44,235 bases of DNA from Phycisphaerales bacterium (GTDB taxonomy: Bacteria; Planctomycetota; Phycisphaerae; Phycisphaerales; UBA1924). Where the stretch lies: assembly GCA_021732675.1 (NCBI GenBank), contig JAKFUN010000002.1, positions 1-44,235 of the forward strand, read 5' to 3'. The position numbers and the translations under genes were made by a program. Of this stretch, positions 1 through 8,318 are shown piece after piece (within the stretch, counting starts at the first letter, position 1; every line of letters starts with the position of its first letter). The notes under the pieces were generated by a model. That model ran no database searches. It was not told the origin of the DNA and saw only the letters and a program-made list of their open reading frames with translations.

Positions 1-141
1 TTGTACCTGCCAAGCAACCCACCCACATACCAATCAATACGCCAATCAATATGAAGAACCTTCGGCACGCCAGGCCCGGCGCATGGGCCATGGCCTCGGC
101 GTTGCTCGCGGGCCTGAACCACGCTGGGCTCGCCCGAGCAG

Positions 142-750
142 TCACCTCGCGACTCCTCGGGAGAGGCCGGGGCCTTGCCCGATCAGCATCGCCATGGCCT
201 CCGGCAAAGCTTCGAGCTCCAGCGCAAAGACGCGGGCGGCCAGCGCGTCAGGCGTGTCGCCAGGGAGGACCGGGCAGCGCTTCTGAAGAATGGTGGCGCC
301 GGTGTCGAAGGTGTCGTCGGCGAAGTGGACTGTGCAGCCGCTCTCCGCGTCGCCCGAGGCAAGCACCGCCTGGTGAACATGGGGCCCGTGCATCCCCGGC
401 CCGCCGTGCTTGGGGAGCAGCGCGGGGTGAATGTTGATGATTTTGCCGCGAAATGCCGGGGGAATGTTCACAAGCTGGAGATAGCCGGCGAGCACGACCC
501 AGTCGATTTGCCGCGCGGAAAGCACCTCGCCAAGCGTCGCGACCGGAATTCGTCCGGGCATGACGAGGACCTCGGGCACGCGGGGTCTGGCCCGTTCCAC
601 GCCCGGGCACGGGCGCGAAGCGATCACCACGGGGACGCAGGCGTTGAGTTGGCCCGCGTCGATGGTGTCGATGAGGTTGAGCAGGGTGCGCCCGCCGCCG
701 GAGATAAGGGCGGCGATTCGGGCCGGCCCATTGGTCCCCCCGCTGCTCAC
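142..750 (-). CDS. purN: Phosphoribosylglycinamide formyltransferase
   Basis: Motifs LISGGGRTL, VLAGYLQL, IINIHPALLPKHGG, SGCTVHFA and DTG. The GTG start overlaps the stop of the upstream STAS gene (GTGA, 747-750). Confidence 0.95.
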   Translation of the reverse strand: MSSGGTNGPARIAALISGGGRTLLNLIDTIDAGQLNACVPVVIASRPCPGVERARPRVPEVLVMPGRIPVATLGEVLSARQIDWVVLAGYLQLVNIPPAFRGKIINIHPALLPKHGGPGMHGPHVHQAVLASGDAESGCTVHFADDTFDTGATILQKRCPVLPGDTPDALAARVFALELEALPEAMAMLIGQGPGLSRGVAR

Positions 751-1103
751 GCGAACTGCTCCACGCCCGAGGCAGCGTCGGGCGAGATGGTGAAGAGCCG
801 ATGCAAGTTCGTAAGCCGGAAGAGGTCGACCAGCTCGCGCGAGAGTCCCGCGAGGACCACCTTGCCCCCGGATGCGTGTGCCGTCGCCCGGACCTGCACG
901 AGCATGCCCAGCCCGGTGGAGGTGAGCATCAGCACTTCGGATAGATCGACCACCAGCTTGGCGGGGGGAGTTTCCACGAGCTTTTTGAGGTCGGTCTTGA
1001 GGGCGGCGGCCTCAAAATCGCTCACCCGCGGGCAGGAAATCTTGGCAACGGTTACAACGCCCTCGTGGCGCATTGTCAGATATGTCGTTTCGTTCGGCTT
1101 CAT
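747..1103 (-). CDS. STAS-domain anti-sigma-factor antagonist
   Basis: C-terminal 118 aa of ORF 747..1559, starting at ATG 1103 (MKPNET). Motifs LVVDLSEVLMLTSTGLGMLV and VDLFRLTNL. Confidence 0.9.
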   Translation of the reverse strand: MKPNETTYLTMRHEGVVTVAKISCPRVSDFEAAALKTDLKKLVETPPAKLVVDLSEVLMLTSTGLGMLVQVRATAHASGGKVVLAGLSRELVDLFRLTNLHRLFTISPDAASGVEQFA

Positions 1104-1126
1104 ATGGCCCTCGCGCTGGTGACGAC

Positions 1127-1537
1127 TTACGCGGTGCTTGGCTCGCGAAACGCGATCGGCTTTCCCGCGGCGTCCACCGACACCATGGTCATGGTAGCCG
1201 TGGTCACCTGCACGACTTCGCCGCTGGTGTAGCGTTCGGCCTCCACGATGACCTCGACGGTCACGCTCTTGGTTCCCAGGCGGCTGGTGCTCGAATAGAG
1301 CGTCACGATGTCCCCCATCAGCACCGGGGCCTTGAACTCCACCCGGTCGACCGCCGCGGTCACCCAGCGGTGCCGCCCGTGCTTGCGGGCCTCGACGAAC
1401 CCCACCTGATCGATGTAACTCAGAATGACCCCGCCAAAAATCGTCCCGTAGTGGTTGGTGTCGCGGGGCAAAGTCGCGACCCGCAGGGCGATGGTGTGTT
1501 CGGCCGACCGGGTTGCGGGGGTGCTGGCTGGGGTCAT
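1127..1537 (-). CDS. Acyl-CoA thioesterase (hotdog fold, YciA-like)
   Basis: Motifs PRDTNHYGTIFGGVILSYID, VDRVEFKAPV and GTKSVTVEV. Confidence 0.92.
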   Translation of the reverse strand: MTPASTPATRSAEHTIALRVATLPRDTNHYGTIFGGVILSYIDQVGFVEARKHGRHRWVTAAVDRVEFKAPVLMGDIVTLYSSTSRLGTKSVTVEVIVEAERYTSGEVVQVTTATMTMVSVDAAGKPIAFREPSTA

Positions 1538-1704
1538 GCCCCAAGCGTACTCCCAACATACTATCGAAGGTCCGGGTTTGGGTACTCGGCTGTGGTGTCG
1601 GTGGCGCGGGCGCTCACGTTCTGGGGGCCCATCACCAACCCTCAGCCCGGCCCAGCCGGCCCGCGGCGTATTCGAACCAGCTCCTCCAGCCCACGGAAGG
1701 CACC

Positions 1705-2424
1705 ATGTCTGACACCCAGCAAGCTCCTCTTTCTCAGGACACTCACGAGCACACCGACGGCTGCTGTGGCGGCAGCGCCAAAGCGGGCGGATGCTGCAAG
1801 GAACGCGCCTCGCTCTCGCCCCTCACCAAGGACCAGATCGCCGACCTGCCCACCCTCCAGGTCATCGCCCGCTACCAGCGCGGGATCGAATGGATCGACC
1901 GGCGGGTCTTTGAGCTCTCCGAACGCCAGATCGATCAGGCCTTTCTCCCCGACGCCGGCGTCGGGCGCTGGCCCGTGCGCGTGCTCATCGGACACATCTG
2001 CGACGCCGACCTCGCGTCGGTCCATCGCATGCGCCGCGCCGTCGCCGAGGACCACCCCGTCTTCAGCAACTGGGACGAAGACGCCTTTGTCGACGCCAAC
2101 ATCTACGGCAACTCCCACGAGGGTTACGCCGACGACCCCGACACCGACCATGCCCGCGTGATGAACGCCTTGGGCGGGTTCCTTGCCACCACCCACACCC
2201 TGCGCCAGTGGACCGCCCAGTGGCTCTACTCCCTGAGCGACCAGCAGCTCGCCCGCACCGGCATGCACCCCACCCGGGGCGAGATGAGCGTGCGCCAACT
2301 CGTCGCCAGCTACGTCTGGCACCTCGAGCACCACTGCGGGTTCCTCACGAAGAAGCTCGACCTCATGCTCGGCAAGGTCGAGAAGGCCCAGCCGGCTGCA
2401 GGCGGGTGCGGCTGCAAGCACTAA
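1705..2424 (+). CDS. DinB/YfiT-family protein with Cys-rich termini
   Basis: Start ATG 1705 after GGAAGG. Motifs RWPVRVLIGHICDAD, HPTRGEMSV and WHLEHH (metal-binding His set of the DinB superfamily). Confidence 0.85.
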   Translation: MSDTQQAPLSQDTHEHTDGCCGGSAKAGGCCKERASLSPLTKDQIADLPTLQVIARYQRGIEWIDRRVFELSERQIDQAFLPDAGVGRWPVRVLIGHICDADLASVHRMRRAVAEDHPVFSNWDEDAFVDANIYGNSHEGYADDPDTDHARVMNALGGFLATTHTLRQWTAQWLYSLSDQQLARTGMHPTRGEMSVRQLVASYVWHLEHHCGFLTKKLDLMLGKVEKAQPAAGGCGCKH

Positions 2425-2449
2425 CCAGCTCCCCAACCCACGGATCGTC

Positions 2450-2484
2450 GCAGCCCCGGTCGCCTTGGCCGGGGCTGCTGCTTT
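2450..2484 (+). terminator. Probable intrinsic terminator between convergent genes
   Basis: Stem GCAGCCCCGG(TC)...(GG)CCGGGGCTGC followed by TGCTTT. Confidence 0.65.
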
Positions 2485-4255
2485 ACCGCCGCTTGGAGAC
2501 CGGCCCGGAGCGTTCGCTGTAGATGATCTCGCCCTCCTCGGGAATGCTCATGCGGATCGCCGTCCCCCCCGGGCGCCGTTCGCACTCGACCCACCCTTGG
2601 GCCGCCATCGCCTCCAAGGCCTGCATCGCCTGACCAAAGGCCGGGCCCAGGTTGGCCTCGCCAGGGTGCTTCCTTGCCAGGGCCTGCTTGAGGGCCCCCA
2701 CCACCCGCTCGGAGGCGGACTCCTGGCTCAGCACTTCCTTGATCGTGAGATAGTGCCCCACCAGCGGGAGCCTCACCCCCTCGCGATCCAGCACGCTGAT
2801 TTTCTGGACCCGCCCCATGCCCGGGGCGGCCATCGTCGTCTGCGTCGCGCCCGCCAGGTTGAGGCGCAGGTGCGTCGCCCCGTCGATATCGCACGCCACC
2901 GCCTCCCCCTCGGTGTGCATCAACCGGTGCTGCACCGCCTTGACGCCAGAGAGGCCAAGCCCGCCGATGGCGAACTGGCCCAGATGGTCGTCGATCCCGC
3001 CATGGCTGAGCCAGCGAAACGCGTCGCGGGGCGAAAGACTCAGCCCGGCGCTATCAGCGATCTTCGCGCAGTTGTCCAGCACATCCGTGAATAGCCCGTT
3101 GGCGGAGTACCAATACTCCGCGAAGCGAATGTGCTGACGCACCCGGCGCTGCTGGATTTCTTCGTACTGCTCGCGCAGCCAGGCCGGATCCTGCTGCCCC
3201 CGCTCCAGTTCCAGAATCGTGCAGGCCAGGTGCTCGGCGCAGGTGTGCGTCAAGGTGAGCCCGGCAGCCAGGATCGGGTCCGCAAAGCCCAGGCATTCGC
3301 CGCACAGGAACCAGTTGGGGCCGTAGGCTCGCTTTGCCACGTATGACCAGTCGGTGGTGCTCTCGACCTTGCCCCGGTGGCGGGCACCATCCAGCAGGGC
3401 CCGCACCGAGGGCTCTTTGGCGAGGCTCTCGTGGTAGATCTCCTCGGGGCGCTTCCCGCTGGCTTTGTAGTACTCGGCGTTGCAAACCAGGCCCACGCTG
3501 GTGCGATCGTTCGAAAGGGCGATGTACCAGATCCACCCGTAGCCCAGGCTCCGGATCTGCACCCGCACCGTCTTCCTGCTCAGCAGCGCCTCATTCAGCC
3601 CCGGGCGATCCCAGTAGTCCCAGAAGGCGATGTTCCGCAACACCTGCGGGGCATCGACCTCGACCCCCAACTGGCGCCGGATCACCGCGGCATTGCCGCT
3701 CGCGTCGACGTAGTGCCGCCCGGTGATCCGCTCGCCCGACTCCGTCTCCAGGTGGGTCACTCGCGGGCCGGCCGGCGTGGCCTCGTGGTGTACCTTGGCG
3801 ATGCGGACGCCCTGGCGAACCACGCACCCCATCTCGCCCGCGTGCTTGAGGAGAATGTCGTCGTAGATCGCCCGATCGACCTGCATCGCCACCCGGGCCC
3901 GCCACCCTTCATACTTGCCCGGCCGGGGCGTGTCTTTGATCTCCGAGTCGGGGATGAATCCGAAGACCCACGGCTCGGTCGTCTTGCCCCAGGTGTAGGT
4001 CGCCCCCAGCTTCACCGGAAACCCGGCGGCCTCCACCTTCTCCCAAGCCCCCATCTCGTCCAACACACGCCCGATCGGGGGCAACTGGCTCTCGCCCACG
4101 TGGTCGCGCGGGAAACGCTCTCGCTCCAGAATCAGGACCTTCAGCCCCGGGTTGTACTTTCGCAGCAACGAGCCAACCGTCGAGCCCCCGGGCCCGCCCC
4201 CGATGATCACCACGTCGAACGTCCCCGACTCTGAACTGGCCGATTGTGAAACCAC
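2483..4255 (-). CDS. Flavin-dependent halogenase-like oxidoreductase (CndH/CrpH type) with C-terminal extension
   Basis: Motifs GGGPGGS, FPRDHVGESQLP, GFPVKLGATYTWG (catalytic-Lys position), QVDRAIYD, GWIWYI (WxWxI variant) and GFADP. Start uncertain: GTG 4255 chosen, ORF open to 4345. Confidence 0.8.
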   Translation of the reverse strand: MVSQSASSESGTFDVVIIGGGPGGSTVGSLLRKYNPGLKVLILERERFPRDHVGESQLPPIGRVLDEMGAWEKVEAAGFPVKLGATYTWGKTTEPWVFGFIPDSEIKDTPRPGKYEGWRARVAMQVDRAIYDDILLKHAGEMGCVVRQGVRIAKVHHEATPAGPRVTHLETESGERITGRHYVDASGNAAVIRRQLGVEVDAPQVLRNIAFWDYWDRPGLNEALLSRKTVRVQIRSLGYGWIWYIALSNDRTSVGLVCNAEYYKASGKRPEEIYHESLAKEPSVRALLDGARHRGKVESTTDWSYVAKRAYGPNWFLCGECLGFADPILAAGLTLTHTCAEHLACTILELERGQQDPAWLREQYEEIQQRRVRQHIRFAEYWYSANGLFTDVLDNCAKIADSAGLSLSPRDAFRWLSHGGIDDHLGQFAIGGLGLSGVKAVQHRLMHTEGEAVACDIDGATHLRLNLAGATQTTMAAPGMGRVQKISVLDREGVRLPLVGHYLTIKEVLSQESASERVVGALKQALARKHPGEANLGPAFGQAMQALEAMAAQGWVECERRPGGTAIRMSIPEEGEIIYSERSGPVSKRR

Positions 4256-4337
4256 GATGTGAACCCCCAAATGCGATCCTTCGTCCGGCAGCATACCAAC
4301 GGGCCTTGGACGTTCAAACCTGATTTTTGGACGAATG

Positions 4338-4364
4338 AAAAACACCCCGCCATGGGGCGGGGTG
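4338..4364 (-). terminator. Intrinsic terminator downstream of the sugar-binding protein gene
   Basis: 9-bp stem CACCCCGCC/GGCGGGGTG, followed on the minus strand by TTTTT. Confidence 0.75.
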
Positions 4365-4407
4365 CGTGGGGAGACCTCTTACGTAGCCGCCCGTCGCGGC
4401 CAGCGCC

Positions 4408-5544
4408 TTACTTCTTGCGGAGCCAGCGCTCCCACAGCCCCTCGTAGTCCTTCACGTTCTCCTTGGTGACGATCGAGAGCTCGAAGTTATTGATGACCTT
4501 GGTCGGGTCCTTCTTGTTGACCAGCTTGTCGACGAGCAGCTCCACGGAGTGGTAGCCCCAGCCGTAGCAGTCTTGCCCGACCAGGCATTGAACCTGCCCG
4601 TTCTTGACGTACTCGAGCTGTTCGGGGAGGGTGTCCACCGAAACGACCTTGACGCCCTTGTCGGCGATCCCGTTCAGGGCGTTTTGGGTGAAGAGCGGCC
4701 AGCCGCCGACCATCGCCCAGCCGGAGATCCCGGGGTTGGCGTTCTGGACCTGCTGGAGCATCGCCGCGGCGTCGCTGGCGGTTTCCTTGTGGTAGTAAAC
4801 CTCTTTGAGCTTGAAACCCTTGTCCTTGAGCTTTTCGAGCTCTTCCTTCACGCCCTTGACGCGAGCCTGAAGGTTGGGGGCCGTCTGCGTCCCACCCAGG
4901 ATCGCGACCTCGCCACCCTTGTCGCCCATCGCCTTGGCGAGTTGCTGCATCACGGCCTTCCCGGCGTCGGCGTCGTTGATCCCGTAGTAGGCCATCCGCT
5001 TGCTGCTGGGGGAGTCAGAATCGAACGTCACGACGACCACGCCCTTGCCCACGGCGTCGTCGATCGGCTTCTGCAGCACCTGCCCGTCGGTGCACGAGAT
5101 CGCGATCCCGTCAACACCCTGGCTCACGAGCTGCTCGATGAACTGGGCCTGCTTCTGCGCGTCCTCCGCCACCGGCGTCTGCCAGTTGGCCTTGATCTCG
5201 ATTCCATACTTCTTGGACAGGTCGCGGCACGCATCCTCCGCGCCGGTGCGGGCTGCGATGAAGACCGGGTTCGACTGGCTCTTGGCGATCACCCCGATCA
5301 CCAGGCTCTTCTTCCCCCCGGCAGCGGCACCCTCCGCCGGCTTCGCGTCAGCGGGCTTGGATTCGGTCGGCTTGGCTTCGGTCGGCTTGGTTTCAGTCGG
5401 TTTGGCGTCAGCCTTGGCCGGCGCGGGGCTGGCTTCCTTGCTATCACAGCCAGCAACGAGCGACCCCGCCAGGGCGATCAGCCCAGCCGCGGCCAGCCGA
5501 CACGTCCATCCACTCACGCTCACGACGTTCCACATGTGTTGCAC
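4408..5544 (-). CDS. Sugar ABC transporter substrate-binding lipoprotein (RbsB/LsrB-like)
   Basis: Lipobox-like LVAGC; motifs KSQSNPVF, QAQFIEQLVSQGVDGIAIS, VVTFDSD, NLQARVKG and VGQDCYGWG. Confidence 0.9.
   Translation of the reverse strand: MQHMWNVVSVSGWTCRLAAAGLIALAGSLVAGCDSKEASPAPAKADAKPTETKPTEAKPTESKPADAKPAEGAAAGGKKSLVIGVIAKSQSNPVFIAARTGAEDACRDLSKKYGIEIKANWQTPVAEDAQKQAQFIEQLVSQGVDGIAISCTDGQVLQKPIDDAVGKGVVVVTFDSDSPSSKRMAYYGINDADAGKAVMQQLAKAMGDKGGEVAILGGTQTAPNLQARVKGVKEELEKLKDKGFKLKEVYYHKETASDAAAMLQQVQNANPGISGWAMVGGWPLFTQNALNGIADKGVKVVSVDTLPEQLEYVKNGQVQCLVGQDCYGWGYHSVELLVDKLVNKKDPTKVINNFELSIVTKENVKDYEGLWERWLRKK
5339..5413 (-). repeat. Five imperfect 15-nt tandem repeats encoding a KP(T/A)(E/D)x linker
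   Basis: Plus-strand units: ggcttcgcgtcagcg / ggcttggattcggtc / ggcttggcttcggtc / ggcttggtttcagtc / ggtttggcgtcagcc. Protein sequence KPTETKPTEAKPTESKPADAKPAEG. Confidence 0.85.
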
Positions 5545-5576
5545 TCCTGTTTCTGCGTCCTACCGCCATCGCGTGA

Positions 5577-6707
5577 TCAGCGTCCGCTGGTAAGCCGGCC
5601 CTTGGCCTGGTCCAGGATCACCGCGATCACGATCGCGGCTCCCATCACGATATTGGTGTAGTTGGTGTCCACTTCCAGAATAATCAACGCGTTGCTGATC
5701 AACTGAATCAGAATCGCGCCCAAAACCGCTCCCAGCGCCGAGCCACGCCCACCCGAGAGGGCCGCCCCACCGATCACCGACGCCGCGATCACCGAAAGCT
5801 CGTACCCCTGCCCGGCGTTGGCGTCCGAGGCGCCAAGATACCCGATGTTGGCCGCGGCACTCAAGCCCGCCAACATCCCCACCACCGTGAACATGATGAT
5901 CTTGACCCGCCCGACCGGGATCCCGGCGTAGATCGCGGCGGTCTCATTCCCCCCGATGGCATACGTGCGCCGCCCAAGCACCATGCGGGTCATCACGACA
6001 TGCCCGATGAGGGCGACCAAGAGCATGACCAACACGGGGACGGGGTAGACCCCGCCGATCTGGGCCTTGAAGAAGCCGCTGGTGAACGATTCGGGGAGCG
6101 AACTCACCGAGGTGCCCTTGGAAATGATGAAGACCGCCCCGCGCAGCGCCCCCATCGTCCCCAAGGTGATGATGAATGGGTGAACCTTGAGCCCCACGAC
6201 CATGCCCCCGTTGGCAAAGCCGCAGATCGCCCCTACGGCGCAGCACACAAACACCCCTACCGCAACCGAGGCCCAAAGGGGAGCCCCCCCGGCCGTGGGC
6301 ACCGTGCCGGAATAGTCCAGGTGCAGCCATTGGGCCTGAAGCGCCCGCAGGGCCATCGCTCCCAGCAGAGCCGCCAGGGCGTAAATGGAGCCAACCGAAA
6401 GGTCAATCCCGCCCATCACGATGATGGCGGTCATCCCCACGGCCATGATGGCGATGAAGCTGGCTTCCTTGGCGAGAAGAACGATGTTCTCAAAGTCAAG
6501 GAACTTATTGACGGTGATCTTGGTCCACTCGCCGGTCGTCGCATCCTTGACCCGCTTTTCCTTGGTCCCGCCGAATATCGTTAACCCCGCCATCACCAGG
6601 ATGATCACTAGTACAAGGCCCGACTCCTGCGCCAGCAGCAGCCGGCGAAGCAGGGACGAGCGTTGCAGCGACTTTGGCGGGACGATCATCGGAGGCGTCG
6701 AATCCAC
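5577..6707 (-). CDS. Sugar ABC transporter permease (RbsC/BPD_transp_2 family)
   Basis: Motifs GGIDLSVGS, PFIITLG, GRRTYAIGGNETAA and GYELSVIAASVIGG. Confidence 0.93.
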   Translation of the reverse strand: MDSTPPMIVPPKSLQRSSLLRRLLLAQESGLVLVIILVMAGLTIFGGTKEKRVKDATTGEWTKITVNKFLDFENIVLLAKEASFIAIMAVGMTAIIVMGGIDLSVGSIYALAALLGAMALRALQAQWLHLDYSGTVPTAGGAPLWASVAVGVFVCCAVGAICGFANGGMVVGLKVHPFIITLGTMGALRGAVFIISKGTSVSSLPESFTSGFFKAQIGGVYPVPVLVMLLVALIGHVVMTRMVLGRRTYAIGGNETAAIYAGIPVGRVKIIMFTVVGMLAGLSAAANIGYLGASDANAGQGYELSVIAASVIGGAALSGGRGSALGAVLGAILIQLISNALIILEVDTNYTNIVMGAAIVIAVILDQAKGRLTSGR

Positions 6708-6875
6708 GCGGCGGACCCTTCAAGAAAAGAACCACCGCCCGCGGCACAGAAGGAGTTCTCCGTGCCGTATGCGTGGTGAGGTGGTGAGGATACCCGCAGC
6801 AAGCCCGCGAAGCGAGCGACCACGGGCGTGCTCCGCCAGAGCGATCGCCCCGACGCGCAGAAATCGATCCCAAAC

Positions 6876-7826
6876 TCAGTCGATGGTCTGTGTGCGAGCC
6901 GAACGGTTCGGATCGATCGCGTTCACCGACAGGGGGCCCGGAGGGTTGCTGGAATCCGGGGGGGCAAAGAACTTGTTCTGAATATCGCCAGTCAGGAAGT
7001 TGGCGTGCCCGTCGCTGAAGACGAAGTTGGCACCTTCGCGCCCGTGATTGTCCACGGTCGAGTAGAGGTACTGGCTGGTGCCCGCTGCCGTGGCGTCAGC
7101 GGAGTTGGCATACCAGGCATCGGTCGAGATGTCCGGCCCGTTGGTCTCGTCACCCCAGAGCGGCGCAGGGTTGACGATTGAGGGCTCATCCGTTCGGAGG
7201 CCCGCAATGTACATGTAGCTGACGTTGTAGGAGACGACGTCCTGGTCGCTGGCGCAGACCTTGGGGATCTTCACCTTGGCCGTCGAATAGCGAATCGACA
7301 GCGGGAGGGAGGGAATCGCTCCGTAGTAGCGGTCTTCGCGATCTGAGGGGCAGGTGAGGACGCCGTACCCCTCGAGGTACTGCTTCATCAGCGGGTTGGT
7401 GTTGCCATCGAGGTAGGCCTGGGTGGCGGGGTTGGCCGGGTTGCCGGTGAAGCCCTTGTCGACCCCGTCGCCTTGCTGATCGAGGCTGAACAAGCTCGAA
7501 ACCCCGCCGCGAATCCACTGCTCGGTCAGGTAGCGATTGCCGGCCGGCATGCCCTGGTAGTAGGCGGTCCAGCCCGCGCTCGCGCCCGTGCCATTCACCG
7601 GGTTCTTGAAGGGAACGATCGGGTACCAGCTCTTCCAGTCATTGGCATAGAGGGCAAGGCTGATCCCCATCTGGCGGGTGTTGTTCAGGCACTTGCCCAA
7701 ACGCGCGGCGTTGCGGGCCTTGCCCAGGGCCGGCAACAGCACGCCGATCAGCAGCGCGATGATGGCGATGACCACGAGAAGCTCGATCAGGGTGAACGCC
7801 GAGCGACGACACCGGTAAATATTCAT
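6876..7826 (-). CDS. Prepilin-type N-terminal cleavage/methylation protein with H-X9-DG motif (DUF1559-like)
   Basis: True gene is the 3' part of ORF 6876..10418. N-terminus [45 protein letters not shown]-terminal [15 protein letters not shown]. Confidence 0.92.
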   Translation of the reverse strand: MNIYRCRRSAFTLIELLVVIAIIALLIGVLLPALGKARNAARLGKCLNNTRQMGISLALYANDWKSWYPIVPFKNPVNGTGASAGWTAYYQGMPAGNRYLTEQWIRGGVSSLFSLDQQGDGVDKGFTGNPANPATQAYLDGNTNPLMKQYLEGYGVLTCPSDREDRYYGAIPSLPLSIRYSTAKVKIPKVCASDQDVVSYNVSYMYIAGLRTDEPSIVNPAPLWGDETNGPDISTDAWYANSADATAAGTSQYLYSTVDNHGREGANFVFSDGHANFLTGDIQNKFFAPPDSSNPPGPLSVNAIDPNRSARTQTID

Positions 7827-7868
7827 ATTCGTGCATTTCCCAACTGGTGTACCCGACCCAAATCTTGC

Positions 7869-7900
7869 CGTTTTCTGAGCCGTCAGAAAACGCTCTCTGA
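7869..7900. promoter_or_regulatory. Overlapping inverted repeats; candidate LacI-family operator
   Basis: Perfect 10-bp inverted repeat CGTTTTCTGA-gccg-TCAGAAAACG (7869-7892). It overlaps the CG-centred near-palindrome TCAGAAAACGCTCTCTGA (7883-7900, 7 of 9 pairs). Confidence 0.5.
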
Positions 7901-8292
7901 AACACCTTAACGATATCGGCCCGCTGTCGTCAAGACCGAAACAGAAGTTCTTGGGAGTAATTCCACAAATTACTACCAGGACTGCCATTCCAAGGGCTCG
8001 CGAAGGTCTGTAAGGGTTTACGGCGGCGGGGTGGGTGGGGTTGCCGCGACTTGGTTTTTTCGGACCTAGCCAGACCGCTCGGGTGCGAGGTATCGAGGGA
8101 TGCGCGAGAAGTATGGAAAAGTGCGCAGAATTCTCTCGATCTGCACGGGCACTTGCGTTTATCATCCGAACGGTATGAAGGACCGCCGCGGGCGGAACCT
8201 TTGAATCCTGAACATCGAGCGCGGTGCGCGATGTTCTAGTTCCAGGCTTTGGCCCTCCGGTGGGCCCCGGTTTTCGGCGAGTTTGCATCGTC

Positions 8293-8304
8293 GAAAGCGG
8301 TTTC
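8293..8304. promoter_or_regulatory. Candidate LacI-family operator upstream of the surface-protein RBS
   Basis: GAAAGCGGTTTC, CG-centred, one mismatch from a palindrome, ending 14 nt before ATG 8319. Confidence 0.35.
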
Positions 8305-8318
8305 TCGGGAGAGATTTT

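Noticed and set aside
51-437. Plus-strand 128-aa ORF after the direct repeat
   Set aside because: It overlaps purN in antisense and has an Arg/Pro-rich off-frame composition.
1705-1800. Cys-rich N-terminus of the DinB gene as a separate RiPP precursor for the halogenase
   Set aside because: It is in frame with the DinB domain with no stop codon and has no leader/core structure.
5339-5413. Tandem repeats as a CRISPR array
   Set aside because: The 15-nt in-frame coding units have no spacers, and there are no cas genes.
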